DNA of 64,000 bases from Convolutriloba macropyga. Taxonomy: Eukaryota. The DNA lies in NCBI RefSeq assembly GCF_964194025.1, contig NC_134470.1, positions 12,896,001 to 12,960,000 of the forward strand. Direction: 5' to 3'. This document shows, piece after piece, positions 38,009 through 50,913 of this stretch. Numbering within the stretch: the first letter of the stretch is position 1; every line of letters starts with the position of its first letter. Below the pieces are notes generated by a model. It was not told where the DNA came from and made no database searches. It worked only from the letters and a program-made list of their open reading frames with translations. A program made the position numbers and the translations under genes.

Positions 38009-39295
38009 CCGTAGTCGAGACCTGGAATTTACGAAAAGACCTATTAATTCCAGGTGGGGGGGGGGGGTAAATATTGAAATAAATTACACGGTCGAGGACC
38101 CTAGTTAAAGTCTAGGTTAATTCTTTTCATAGTTCCATCAAAATTCTTTTCATACAAACCTCCATCCCGCCAAATTATTTCATGTACAAACCTGAACTGT
38201 TTCCCAACGAGTCCATCACTTGATGAAAATAGAACACTTTTTGGAAATGTTTTCGCTAATTTAAAGCCAAAAAAAAATTCTGATATTTTCTAGAGAATTG
38301 GACAAAAAATTCTCTGTGTGTTTTGAGTCACATAATTGAAGCACCCCTGACACTGAGTTCGGTTTCATTCCAACAACTCTCTGAACTGAAGAAATCGGAT
38401 TCTTTTTTTCAAAACACTATTCAATTTTTCGATTATTTGAATCTAAAAAAGAGACGAAGACCTAGCTTTTCTTCGAAGCTGAAAATATTTTTTTATTTAA
38501 AATCCTCATGCTCTCTGATTGTGAGTTTAAATGGAGCCGAACTCCTTGATCCGATTAGAAAACGCTACAATTGAAATTTTGTTTCTGTTCATTTTGGAAT
38601 AAAAAGAAACGAAAATCTGACATTTTAGAGAAGCTGGACCAAAGTGTTTAAGTGTTTCATACTCTAAATATAAAGGGGATAATGCATAATAATAGAAATA
38701 TTCAACCTAAATATCAAAAATTACGACGAATACCCATTAACTTCCAAGATAGAGTCATTAACTTGACCCGATTAGAAAACGCTACAATTAAAATTTTGTT
38801 TTTTTTTGTTCGCTGCATTCATCGCATTGTGCGCAAATCTTACACTTTTATTCAAATTCACCGCTAATCTTACATCTTCTAGCGACTTTTAGAGGTGACA
38901 CCTCGACCGGGGCGAACCAATTTTTTGATTGACCAAATGGCATTTGTTGTAGCATGTCTTCAAATTCATAAGTTCAATACTCCATCGACAATTCTGTTTT
39001 TCAGCGACAATTTAATATCTCTATGTTTCCAAAAAAGGAGTTTGCAAATTCCAGAAGAACTGATGTCGATCCGGCCCAAATTACAGAACACGTTTTTTTG
39101 TCCAGCCAAATTCCAGGACGTATGTTTTAATTCCAGCCAAATTCTAGGACGGTTGTTTTAGTTCCAGCCAAAGTCCAGGATATCACATAAGGTCCAGACA
39201 AATTCTTTTCATACCCAATAGCTGCCGAGGACAGTCTTTTCATATCTTAAATCTGTCGAACACGGTCTTTTAATAATTCCAGGTCTCGACTAGGG
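38009..39295. mobile_element. Non-autonomous DNA transposon (intronic)
   Basis: ~21-bp TIR cc[g/c]tagtcgagacctggaatt, 2-bp TSD tg. Confidence 0.8.
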
Positions 39296-39714
39296 TGCCG
39301 ACTTCATGTTATAGTTCAATGAGAGCTCATCTTCAAACTGAGGGCTTCACGGAGACAGGCGACTGAACGGTGTTAGGAATAATGGCGGACGGGGTGTTTC
39401 ATCCTCTGATACACATTCGTTACGCTAGTTGATAATAAGAACTGTGCCGTATATTTGCCTGTATACGAATTCACAGCTTCAGAATTAATCTATTTGCTCA
39501 TTTTACATGAATTGTCTGTTAAATTTCTGATTTCCGGTTGTCGGCTGAAAGCCCTGTAGGCCAACACAGCGTACACCGGGTTAAATTACAAATCTTAAGC
39601 GTTCGAAGCACACACCTTACCTCTCGGCTATCATGCCATTACGCAGAATGTTTTACAAGGGTGTAGAAGGTAGCGGGAAATGTTTTAAACAGTAATCATT
39701 ATTTTGATACTAAC

Positions 39715-39826
39715 TTCGTGCAGAACTGTTGCGAGAACTCTCCCTCTCGTATCTCTGTTCAAATGCCCTCTGGATCTGTCGGTCATAATGTCTGGCCAGA
39801 TATTCCATATCCCGATCGTACTGCAT
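39715..39826 (-). CDS. Orphan protein, putative first coding exon (MQYDRDMEYL...SSAR)
   Basis: ATG preceded by in-frame stops; a|gttagt phase-1 donor fits exon 2. Confidence 0.62.
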
Positions 39827-41420
39827 GCTTCCCACTCTTGACAATTTCTACTTTTTTGCAATTGATCAGATGTTGAGACAGTCAATTCTGCATCGTTATA
39901 ATGCGCTTAAAATGTGATTTATATAGATATAAAGTCGATTCAATATAGACGATGCTTATTACAGCTTGGAATTTTACGTAATGGTAAAATGGTAAACAAC
40001 ATTAAAAACGCGTATTCTTCATAAGAACGCGACGAACAGGTTGACAAAGTATTGATTAACTTAAACTGTTTATATACCTTTATATACGCTCAACGAATAC
40101 ATTATACGAAAAAAATGCATTCAAATATGTAATTTGACAGTTTTGGAAACCTAAGAAAAATGACCAAAACCGGTCAAGAACGGACAAAAGAGGTTGGAGG
40201 TATTTGACCAAACAGGTCTTCTTCCAATGAAAACGATAAACCTGAACTGCAATATAATTATTTAGTTATAACAAATGGTTAATAATTTCTCCCAAAATAA
40301 AATAGAAACTAAAAAAAACGGTAAGAAAAACTTCCAAATCTGCGGTTTTTTACACCTTGACTTCGAAGAACTTTTCGAAGAATGAGCATAATAAATTCGA
40401 TACTTATCAACATAGGATTAAACAATGAGGCTGGGTAATGTTCGGTTGCGCATAATGTTCAGACCTCGCTCATCTCAATTCTCTTCCAAAGGAAGCGAAG
40501 ATAGGAAAATTTCAAAAAAAAAATTCTTGGTTTTGATTTAAAACTTGATGGAATTTCAATTACCAATAGACGACGTGTACACCAGTGAGGTTAACTTTCT
40601 TTACATCACTAGAATGGACAACAATTGAAATAAGCCAAACATTTGGTTGGAAAAAATGAACTCAAGTTGAATAATTTCAAACTAAAGAAACATATTATCA
40701 AGTAAACACCTAAATTTAAATGTTGAATTTAAATTTAATTTTCTAAATGAAATCAGATTTCAAACACCAATTTCTTTCGAGTACGATTGCCTTATAATTA
40801 TCCAGCTTCGGCAATTTCTATGTAATGTCAATCAGATTTCTGCAATCTCAGTTCAGATCTAATGAGTAGGCCTAGAGGTTAACTGAGTGAGGCAAATCAT
40901 GCGTAATCAAAAATCATATCGTAGAATTGAACCAAGGAACCATTTGGAATGCAATAACAAATGAACAATAAAAAAAAGAGTCGCTCTTTGAATTCTTGGC
41001 GCGTAATGAGACGTTCGTAAAAATATGGGAACATGACAAATTAAGAAAAACGAGACAAAAATAACAAAACAGGTCCTGAAATACAACCCCACTAAATGAA
41101 AAGACCAATAGAAAGATCATCAAAACTTTTAGAATAACAACAGTTTTTGACAGTCAACAAAGCATATGAACCCACATAAGCGAATATAAACAACAGCAGA
41201 ACAAAATCTGAGGAAAAAACAAAGCCAATGACAAAATTTTGGAGCAATTCACATTACGCGCGCATGTAAAACAAATTCCATCTTTGATGAAAAAGGAAGA
41301 CAAAAGAGAGCAAAGAATACAATGACAAAAACGACCTTTGGCAAAAATACAAATGTTTCTGTGTAATATTGGTATTAACGTTAAAGAAACAGATAACCTA
41401 TGTTACAGTGTTAATCTAAC

Positions 41421-42409
41421 CCCAGATGGAGGACCAGACCCAATTTTTCGTCTGATCAAACTTTCCAGACCAAAGTTATCTCTTATCACATTTTTCAGAC
41501 AGAAATTAACCCTGATCAGATTTTCCAGACCCAAGTTACCTCTGATCAGACTTTCCAGGCACAGAGGGTCTCTGATCAGACTTTTCCGACGAAGGCGTTC
41601 TGATCAAACCATCTACAGACCATGATCCAGACTCAACTTCAGACCATTGCCCAGACCTTAATCAGACTATGATCAGATTCAGGTGTGGTGTGCTCGAAAT
41701 AGTCTGATCAGAGAAAGACTTTACTTATGAACAAATCTCTTAATTTTGCTATAATTTATTCATTTCATAAAAACTGATGGTTGCAGTATTTAATTCATCA
41801 AAAAAAAACAACTATAAAAGTATTGCTAAAGAAAACGAAACCCAACTGTTGTGAACAAATTTTATTTAGTGTACCGTTTAGTGTATATTTCTGACTTAAT
41901 GGATGAGTTCAGACAGCTTTCCATAAAAACCATCGTGGTCTCCAGTTAATCAAAATTTTCTCTGAAGGGGACCGGCCTTTGCTATCAGCTGGACTCCTTT
42001 TTCTGATCAGAGTCATCGGAAATTAGATGAGTCCCTGATCGTAACTTTGCTTTATTGTTGCCTCTTTGCAGAGCTTATATCTCTCAGTAAAAAAACCAAA
42101 AATATGAAAAGATTTAGGCACTTGAAATGGTCCCTGATCAGACCCAATTGCGCTCGAATGCGCTTCTGATCAGACCCAATTGCGCTCGAATCGTTTATGA
42201 TCAGACTCAAGTGCGCTCGTATACGCCTCAGATCAGATTTTTCAGATCAAACTGACCCCTGATCAGACCAACTCCAGACCATGGCCCAGACTGTAGTGCG
42301 CTCGAAATTGCGTCCAGATCCTGTAATTTCGGTCTGGTAACACACGGGTGTGCGCTTGATTGGGTCTGATCATAGAGCAATTTGGGTCTGCACCTGCGCC
42401 TCATCTGGG
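41421..42409. mobile_element. MITE with ctgatcag subrepeats
   Basis: Ends cccagatg / catctggg, subterminal cagaccc/gggtctg; TSD not clean. Confidence 0.65.
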
Positions 42410-42783
42410 CCCCATTAAATAAATCTGTAACCGCTTCAAACCATTCAATATTAAAAATCAGCTAACAGTGTTTCATAGTTTCACAAAACAAATGATTGAC
42501 AAATTTAGGCATTGTTCCAATGACAAGATGTTTTTTTTTCGTAAATAGCATAGCTCGAAAGTTTAAAACCCAATTTGGTTTTGCAGCGAAAAATTTGATA
42601 GCCAATTATTAGTTATTTAAACTTAATATTTATCAGACTAAAATCTGTTTTGATTTAAACACCGAAAAAAAGGAAATTTGTGTAAAAGAAACATTTTATT
42701 TTAATTACTGAAAAATGCCAAAAAACAAAAACAGATAGAAACTGAAAAATCCAAGCAGAATAACCTATGTGTCGCCAGAAATC

Positions 42784-42790
42784 ACTACTT

Positions 42791-42839
<49 letters not shown>
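42784..42839. repeat. (CTA)n microsatellite
   Basis: Read directly from the sequence. Confidence 0.95.
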
Positions 42840-44180
42840 CATCAGCAAAAAGCACTTTTTGGAACTGGAACCGTAAGAGTTATGCAACTTTTTGTTCATA
42901 TGTATTGTGACAAAACCACAGTTACTTCTGAGCTAGATTCGCCAGAGTGGTTAATTAATAATGAGCTGTAAAGCCACAAAGAAAGAAAAATCACTTTTTA
43001 TCGGAGAATTTTACTTATGTTTCCATCAAATGAGATTTAGAAAAAAAACCTCAGGGCATGTTCAACTAAAATAACGATCTTTCAAAGCTGCTTTTAACAC
43101 ATTAAAACAATACAAAAATACATACTTTTTCTATTAGTTAAGTATTGAAGGGATATTTTTTGCTGATTTGTTTTTGTTCATATTTTTTTGGATCTCAAAT
43201 GCTATGTAAGTTTTGCCATATATTAATTTTTTTAAAGTAAAAAACAAAAGCACAAAAAAGAACCAATCGATCTAAGCAGATCAAATAGAGAGTCCTGCCT
43301 GGAAAAAATATTCTAATAGGAGCTTGGTTCGAAAGCAACTATTTTCTTCTATGGTTTTTCAGCGGTAAAGGCAGGGAATCAGTATGGAAAGGAATATCAC
43401 TGGTCACTATTGAGTATGTAAGATGTACTTAACTGCATACTCAAATAATTCAGCTTGCATATCTTTATATTTTTTGGGACGATCAAAACAATGCACAAAA
43501 GCTTGTAAAATGTATTTGAGCATCAAAGATGCATGAAAGGTTAAACAGATGGTCTAGACCTCCTTTATGAAGCGATAAATTTAGGTCCAAATAATAAAAA
43601 ATTATGTTTAGTTTTTGGAATCTCTGAGAAATCAGAACTCAGGCTTGTGAGAAATCTCCCTCGGCTCTGTGACTGCAGGCTGAAATCGAAAATCAAAGCA
43701 AGCAGCGCCTTTCAGATTTTTTATGAAGATTATTATTAATTCAAAGTTGATTTTTGAAGACTATTCGATAGCTTCATAACAGATTAAATCCTCATTCTAT
43801 TTGAATAACCCGTAGTACATCTTACATACTCAGTAGTGACGAATGATATTCTTTTCCATACTGATTCCCTGCTTTTTACCGCTGAAAAAACCATTTTGGA
43901 AGAATTTTGATTTAAATTTCTCTGATTTTTATTTAAATTGGCACATCTTTGAAATTCGCACAATTTCGCACATTTTTGTAGGGGGGAGGGTGGAAATATT
44001 TTAACTCTATGAGCGTCCTGTGCTAAAAAATAATTTTGGGTCCTTTGAAATCGTGCAACTTTACTAATGCAAAAACAAAAAAACATCTCACAGACAAACA
44101 ATTTCATTGGTCATCTGTCAAAATATATAAACCATATATTAACAAAAATAACTATTCAACACAAAATATCACATTTAACT

Positions 44181-44380
44181 NNNNNNNNNNNNNNNNNNNN
44201 NNNNNNNNNNNNNNNNNNNNNNNNNNNNNNNNNNNNNNNNNNNNNNNNNNNNNNNNNNNNNNNNNNNNNNNNNNNNNNNNNNNNNNNNNNNNNNNNNNNN
44301 NNNNNNNNNNNNNNNNNNNNNNNNNNNNNNNNNNNNNNNNNNNNNNNNNNNNNNNNNNNNNNNNNNNNNNNNNNNNNNNN
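44181..44380. other. Assembly gap (200 N)
   Basis: N run. Confidence 1.
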
Positions 44381-44563
44381 ATTGGGGCACAAACGGAAAA
44401 AATCCATTTTCGAATGAGGAATGAAAAAGACTCATTCTATAATTAGGTCACATGATTGCCGCACCTCAACTACCGATTACTGTAAACTAGGATCTATTTT
44501 GACCCCCCCCCCCCCCCCCCAAGTATGCCCACTAATCGTGGCATAACAGAATAGATCCATAGA

Positions 44564-45057
44564 CTATTTCACAACATCAAAATCATAGTTCGCTACAAGC
44601 CCAAACTGCAGTATACTCAATACCAGCGACCAGTCCTCGGCATTTTGAAGGTCGTCTTTCCTGCTGAAAATGGGCAAAGTTGCCCTGATCAGAAATACAA
44701 CGCACAAACTGCACCCAAGAATGCATTCTTTGATTAGAGATTTGAAGTCTCTGAAAACGTTCAGCACGCCTTCTTTATTTTTGAACTCCTTTCGTCCGGT
44801 TCGAAAGACCAGCTTCCATGTCGATAGAATAGCGCAATACGCAAAAATGCCGCTAGAGGTTGCGAGAATGACGATTTGTTTCATTAGAATTCCGAAGTTG
44901 ACGTTGTTCATGTCAATTATGTTGCACTGTCGTTGAGGGTTCTGGTTCTTGGCGACATTAGCCGAGAATGAAACGATGAATTCTGTCAAGCTGATAAGTA
45001 TAAATGCCATAAGTGTTCGTTTGTGGTTGACATTTAGCACAATCTGGCGGTCGTTCA
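44564..45057 (-). CDS. Divergent 7TM receptor-like protein, terminal exon (TM4-TM7)
   Basis: ccgtttag| acceptor, phase 1; four hydrophobic segments; loop Cys (QRQC) between the first two. Confidence 0.72.
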
Positions 45058-45505
45058 CTAAACGGAATTTTTGTTGGTTATCCTCCTAAGAAACCAACAG
45101 GCAGTAGCTCTGAGAACAGATATAAGTTTATAATTGCGCTGGTGCGAGTAAGACGATGCTGAGCAGAATTGTTCAGCTAGCCTTGGTTATGTTTGAAGTT
45201 TTAGGTCTCGAGTATGAACAGCCTACACTCGACACAAATTTAGCACTACTTTTTCCCTCATACGCAGGATCCTGTTGGACATTTATTTGACTCAAAATGT
45301 TAAATCAAATTTTTATTTAACCAAATGATAAGATGCTAAAAATTGGTAGCACAAAATATCGTGGGGCAAAAAAAAATCATGGTTCTTATAGGTGCATTAG
45401 TCCTAATGACGCAGTGTCTGAGTAAGCTCCTTTTTACGTTTCAACCTCAGAACAGTCATCTCCTATCGAAAAAAGTGTATTAAAACGTTTATTGATTAGA
45501 CTTCA

Positions 45506-45737
45506 TTTCAGACATGAAATAGTTCAAAAATGAATGAAATTTGATCTCAGACATGAAATAGTTCAAAAATGAATGAAATTTGATCTCAGACATGAAATAG
45601 TTCAAAAATGAATGAAATTTGATCTCAGACATGAAATAGTTCAAAAATGAATGAAATTTGATCTCAGACATGAAATAGTTCAAAAATGAATGAAATTTGA
45701 TTTCAGACATGAAATAGTTCAAAAATGAATGAAATTT
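45506..45737. repeat. ~6 x 39-bp minisatellite
   Basis: Head-to-tail tcagacatgaaatagttcaaaaatgaatgaaatttgatc. Confidence 0.95.
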
Positions 45738-47392
45738 CTTGATGAAGAGCTGACTAGCCTTCACTGTGTATTCAAAAACATCTAAATTTTCTAAATATTT
45801 TAAGGTCCTGTTCGGTTTCTGGGTCGATTATTCAGCATTCAAAGAATCAAAAATAAACAAATAAGCATTAACAGATCTTTGAAAAATAGGAAAAACCTAT
45901 GAAAAGACTATAGCTCGACCTAAAACGAATTAAAAAGATCATGCTTATCTATTATTTTTCATTAAGATTATATTCGTTCATTTAGAATAAATTTTTTCAA
46001 GATTGTGCAAAAATAGTGAAATCTTTTGTCTACTTATAAGGCAATGTTTATTTATGATTCATAAAATTGGTTGTTTTTAACGCTCTTCTACAATACTCGG
46101 CTAGTTTTGATTTTGATTTTCTTAATTTTTTTTGCTTTGGAAGAATAGAAAAAGTTGCTTCGAAAGTGTAATCAACTACTAAAAAATACATTATCAAGAA
46201 GGAGATTGAGAGAGATATTGTAATTGATGAAATTGGCCCTCTTGACTTGGGTTTAAATTGGAGAATCGTAGTAGGCGAAGTAACTATAGAAAATTTCATT
46301 GTTATAAACCCATCAATTGATGTGCATTCTCAGAAAAACAATATGTCAACATTTGTTTCAACCAGACCTCTGAAATCTTATCAAAATTTATTTCGGAAAT
46401 TGATTGTTCTAATAACTGTTATGATCACTTTCAAACTGAAGTGAAATCAATTTCTACTTTATGACGAACTGGAAATATGTTGTGAATATATATCTGCAGT
46501 TCTGTGTGCGTCTTAGAACTTGAAGTTTGCTGACTGATATCATCAATACATCATTGCCTAATTAATGCCCGACTAAAAGATTTATGTCGGGCTAGAAAAG
46601 ATTTTTGCATTCTTCTTTTTGCGATAAAAACTTTCAAGGTTTAAAAGACGGGACAAATCAAAAGCATGGAAGCAAATGAGTAAATTTTTAACATAGGAAA
46701 CTATGAAAACTGAGAAACAATTTTGTGTCGTAAATGCTTATCTATTTGTTAATGAAACAACCAAAAGAATTTTCTGAGTTTTTCTAAGTCAGCCAATTCA
46801 TCAGTCTGGCACTCAACGTGTGGGGAGAGGAGTGCTTATTTTTTACTAAAAAAAAATGCAATTAAAATAGTGATAATAATTTTGGTTTCTGTAAAATCGT
46901 AGCGGAACAGCATTAGGCCACAGTAACCTGCTTTCAGCTGACCATTTCCTATTTTTCCAAATTTCAGATGTATGTTTTCAATGGCAGCATTACTCTTTTT
47001 TGCTGCCTTTGGCCACTTTTTTTGCATCCGAAGCCTTTACTTGATAAAATCATTGAAGCCAACAATGGTCATGCTATCCTCAACTTGAAGCTCTGGTTAA
47101 GTGAGTGCTTATCCTCGCAGAGACAGCTCCACGGAGACGGGGGATTCAACTCTCATCCATTGGCGTATAAATCATCCTTATCTCTGGGCTATATGGAGTT
47201 TTGAGGCAAGCTCTTTTAAACCTTTTAGCTCTTCTACACTTTTTCTGTTCCGAACATAAGCTGATCAATTTTTACCCTTGCCAAAAAAATTATCAGTTTA
47301 CTAGGGCGACCTGGGAATCTACCCATGCAAGTAATTTTTTGAGACTGTAAAACGTTTCCTGTTATCTTTAAAACAACTGTAGCATGTTCAGC

Positions 47393-49790
47393 GTTTCTAC
47401 GTTACTGATATACGTAAAAGTATTTATGAAATCCAGTCCAGTCGTCGCAAAAACAACATGATTCTCACCTGGTAACCTCTCGTTCAGTAGATCACACATT
47501 TTGGTTGCTGGACTTTCAGTATTATTTGGCGACAAAGAACACATAGAAGCACGATGTCTTACAACAGCTCAAAAAAATTAAACTTTTTTCAGAAACTTTT
47601 GTCAGAATTTCAGTGACTGCTCATAACTTGATCCTTTTTCATGAGTAGCTCAACAGAAAAACTGTATTAACCTACTGCTTTTAACGTGTTTAGGTAACCA
47701 TTTGATAACCTCCTATTTGCCTATTTCACGACTCCACATTTTTCAGAGATTGATATATTTTTTCAGCGCTTATCAGCTCATTTAATTTTCTGGACAGCTT
47801 GTTTACGCGTTTTGAATATAATAAGGAAGAAAACGTTAATTCAAAACTTTAACTCTTTTTCAGGATGAGTTCTCCTGCGTAACGCCAGCTAAATACTCGA
47901 TAATTTAGCCCACGGTTTTTTGGCTCATTCTTTCCTGTCATATTATTGTGTTTAAAGTCAATATTTCAAAAAAACATGGTCTCGACTTTTATAGGGTTGC
48001 TTATGAGCGCAGTAAATCATTGATGCCGAATTCTTTTATGCTCGGCTGGCTAGGTCAGTAATACATTTTTGGTGCCCCATTCATTTGAGAACATCTATGC
48101 AATATTCTAATCAGATCAGACTTTCAATGCTTAAGAGCAGAAAATGACAATTCAAAAATATCAAACCGAACCAGTCTGTTTTGAGAATCAAAAACTACTG
48201 AAAAAAAACCTAGAACCAGTTAGAGTTTAAAAGCTTGTATCCGTATCAATTCAAATAAGCTTTAACCATTTTTTGAAAAATCCTAAATTTCCTAATGCAT
48301 CGATTAACAAAACTGAACAAATCAAGCCTGAAACAAATTTTCTGAGAAAATATTTTCCCCGATCTATTCAAACTTCTGTTTTTTGTTTAAGGAAACCTAG
48401 TCGATCGCTGTCCTTCAATGAAAAAAATTAAAATTTGTATATTAGCAAAAGATGGATTTTGAAACGATTGCATGCACTCACAGCTGTTTAGGGCAACAAA
48501 AACTAACTAATTTTTTGAGAGAATATTTTGAATTTAAAAAATTGCTCTTATGAGCTTTCAAACGGATACAAGTACGTCTTCTGTAGAGTTTCTACCGCAC
48601 TGATATACGTAAAAGTATTTATGAAATCCAGTCCAGTTTTTGCAAAAACAACATGATTTTGACGTGGTAAACTCTCGCTCAGCAGATCAAACAATTTGGT
48701 TGCTGGAATTTCTGTATTATTCTGCGACAAAGAACACTATAAGGGTGCTGAGTCTTACAACAGCTCACAGAAATACAACTTTTGTTCAAAAACTTTTGTC
48801 AGAAATTGAGTGACGGTTCATAACTTTATCTTTTGTCATGTGTAGCTCGACAGTGAGACTAACACAATCTAGAATGGTTGCGCACAGGACAGTTTCTGAC
48901 ATCTTTTCCTGTACAACCAATAATTGGCGGCACGCTGCTTTTTGTTGTTAACATGTGGTCGAATGTCTTTCAAACGAATGTATTAACCTATTGCCTTTTC
49001 CGTGTTCAGGTAAATATTTGATGACATCCTCTTTGAATATTTCACGGCTCCGCACTTTTCAGAGTTAGTTACAATTTTCAGCGCTTATCAGCTCATTTAA
49101 TTTTCTGTACTGCTTCTTTACGCTGTTTACTATTAATTTTAAAAAATGTTAATTCAAAACTGTACATCTAGTTCAGGTTTATTTTTCCTGCGTAACGCCA
49201 TCTACTCGGTGATTTACCCGGTTTGTTACCCCATTTTGCTCCTGTGTCATATTATTGTGTTAAAAGAAATTACCTAAAAACATATTCTCGACTTTTATGT
49301 GGTTGAGTATGTCAGCAGTAAGTCATTGAAGCCGAATTCATTTATGATCGACTGGCTAGCAATACATCAATGCAATATTCTAATTAGAGCAAACTTTCAA
49401 TGTTTAAGAGCAGAAAGTATTACAGCAAACCAGTCTGTTTTTAACACCGAAAACTAGTAAAAAAAAATCTTAGAACCTATTATAGTTTAAAAGTTTGTAT
49501 CCGTATCAATTCAAATAAGCCTTAACGATTTTGTGAAAAACCATAAAACCCTAAAACAGCCAATGCATCAACTAACAAATATGAGCCTGAAACAACTTTT
49601 CGTAGGAAACGTATTTTTCCTGCTGAAATCAAATTTCTGTTTTGTGGTCAGAAAAACTAATCGATCACTGCTTTGCGATAGAAAAAATACAATTCATATT
49701 TTAGCACAAGATGGATTTTGAAACGATTGCACGCAAAGTTGTTTAGGACAGCACAAAGTAACTAATTTTCTTGAGATATAAAATTTGAAA
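47393..49790. repeat. Old diverged tandem duplication, 2 x ~1.2 kb
   Basis: Shared anchors ctgatatacgtaaaagtatttatgaaatccagtccag (47405/48600), cagcgcttatcagctcatttaattttctg, gtatccgtatcaattcaaataagc, gatggattttgaaacgattgca. Confidence 0.85.
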
Positions 49791-50615
49791 AAAAAAGATT
49801 TTCGAGAACCAATAGGTTCAAATACAGGTTTACTTTTGAAAATTCATTTAAATTAGTTTAATTAGAATAAAAACATTTCATAATCTTCAGAAATCTTTTC
49901 ATTTTTCCGTACCTGTTACGTGCTGGTGCTTCAACGAATTCTCCATAAAGGTGCTCAGAAAATTTCTACAAGAAATCAAAAACCGACAAAAATGGAAAAG
50001 AACTGATCCCCAACCATTGCAGAACAAAAAATGGCTCAAATAGCTCCATTGACATTTCACTTCAGTCCAACGAAAACAGCAAAAAAAATCGTTAATTGAG
50101 ATGTGAACTCAAAAAATGAATTTTCTCAAAACCGTATTTTAAAAAATTGCACAGGATTGATTCGAAAATAGGATGATCATCAAGTAAGGTAAAGGATTAA
50201 TCTTCGTTGAAACCCCCCAACTAGAAACACGATAGCATGTAAAGACACTCCTGAAAAAAAATTAACAAACCAAACATAAAAAGCTATGATTCTCAACAAA
50301 ATGAGAAACACGAAGACACCACGGCTTCAGAAAAATTGGAAAACGATCGAAACTGAAAACCCGATTTGCCATCATTTTAAAGCATTAGTTTCAATCAATC
50401 TTGTGACTTCGTTGATTATGGGAGAGCATAATTGTGACCGCGTGCAATCACTACATTTGAACTAATTGAACGCTATCTCAACATTATTATTTGAGCAAGA
50501 TCCACTTATGAAATACAGTTGAAGCCAAGGTTTTCAACGATTGCACGTTTTTCAACGTTTATTGAAATCAATAAACACTCAACGCAAACTTTACAAAGTG
50601 TCTTTTTTTAAGTAC

Positions 50616-50913
50616 CTGCAACTTCTAACCAGTTGATTGCAACCTGTAGCATTCCTCCCCCAACTAGTGAAATGGTAAACTGCATCAGACTTTCGTTGCA
50701 ACTCTCAACAATCTTTGATCCAGCGATAGCTTTTACAAAAAACGTGGCCAAACACATGAAGAAGGTAGAAGACACTAAAGGACAGTAGCAAACTTCGAAA
50801 TCTTTCTCGCGGTTTGACTCGTTTCGGGCTAAGAGTGATATGGTTAAACGAAATGAGCGATATGCACCAAAAAGGCTGGCGGGTATGCAAAGAATTAACC
50901 ACACGTAGTACAT
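50616..50913 (-). CDS. 7TM receptor-like protein, first exon variant A (TM1-TM3)
   Basis: ATG, 298 nt, gcag|gtact phase-1 donor; three hydrophobic segments; Cys before TM3. Confidence 0.75.

Noticed and set aside
42655-42855. Poly-Ser ORF; (CTA)n as a LINE-A tail
   Set aside because: Microsatellite translation; upstream sequence does not convincingly match the LINE-A 3'UTR
44036-44446. ORFs containing X runs
   Set aside because: Artefacts of the N gap
45489-45764. CRISPR-like array, or repeat-protein ORF (FHSFLNYFMSEIK)n
   Set aside because: Units are contiguous with no unique spacers; the ORF is a by-product of a 39-bp stop-free unit
46836-47027. Third 7TM first exon (GQLKAG|gttact)
   Set aside because: Not hydrophobic; shares gaacagcattaggcca with ~37821, so probably a repeat fragment
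49912-50251. Extra internal 7TM exon (strong acceptor near 50252, donor near 49912)
   Set aside because: Phase-compatible frame hits a stop after ~37 codons
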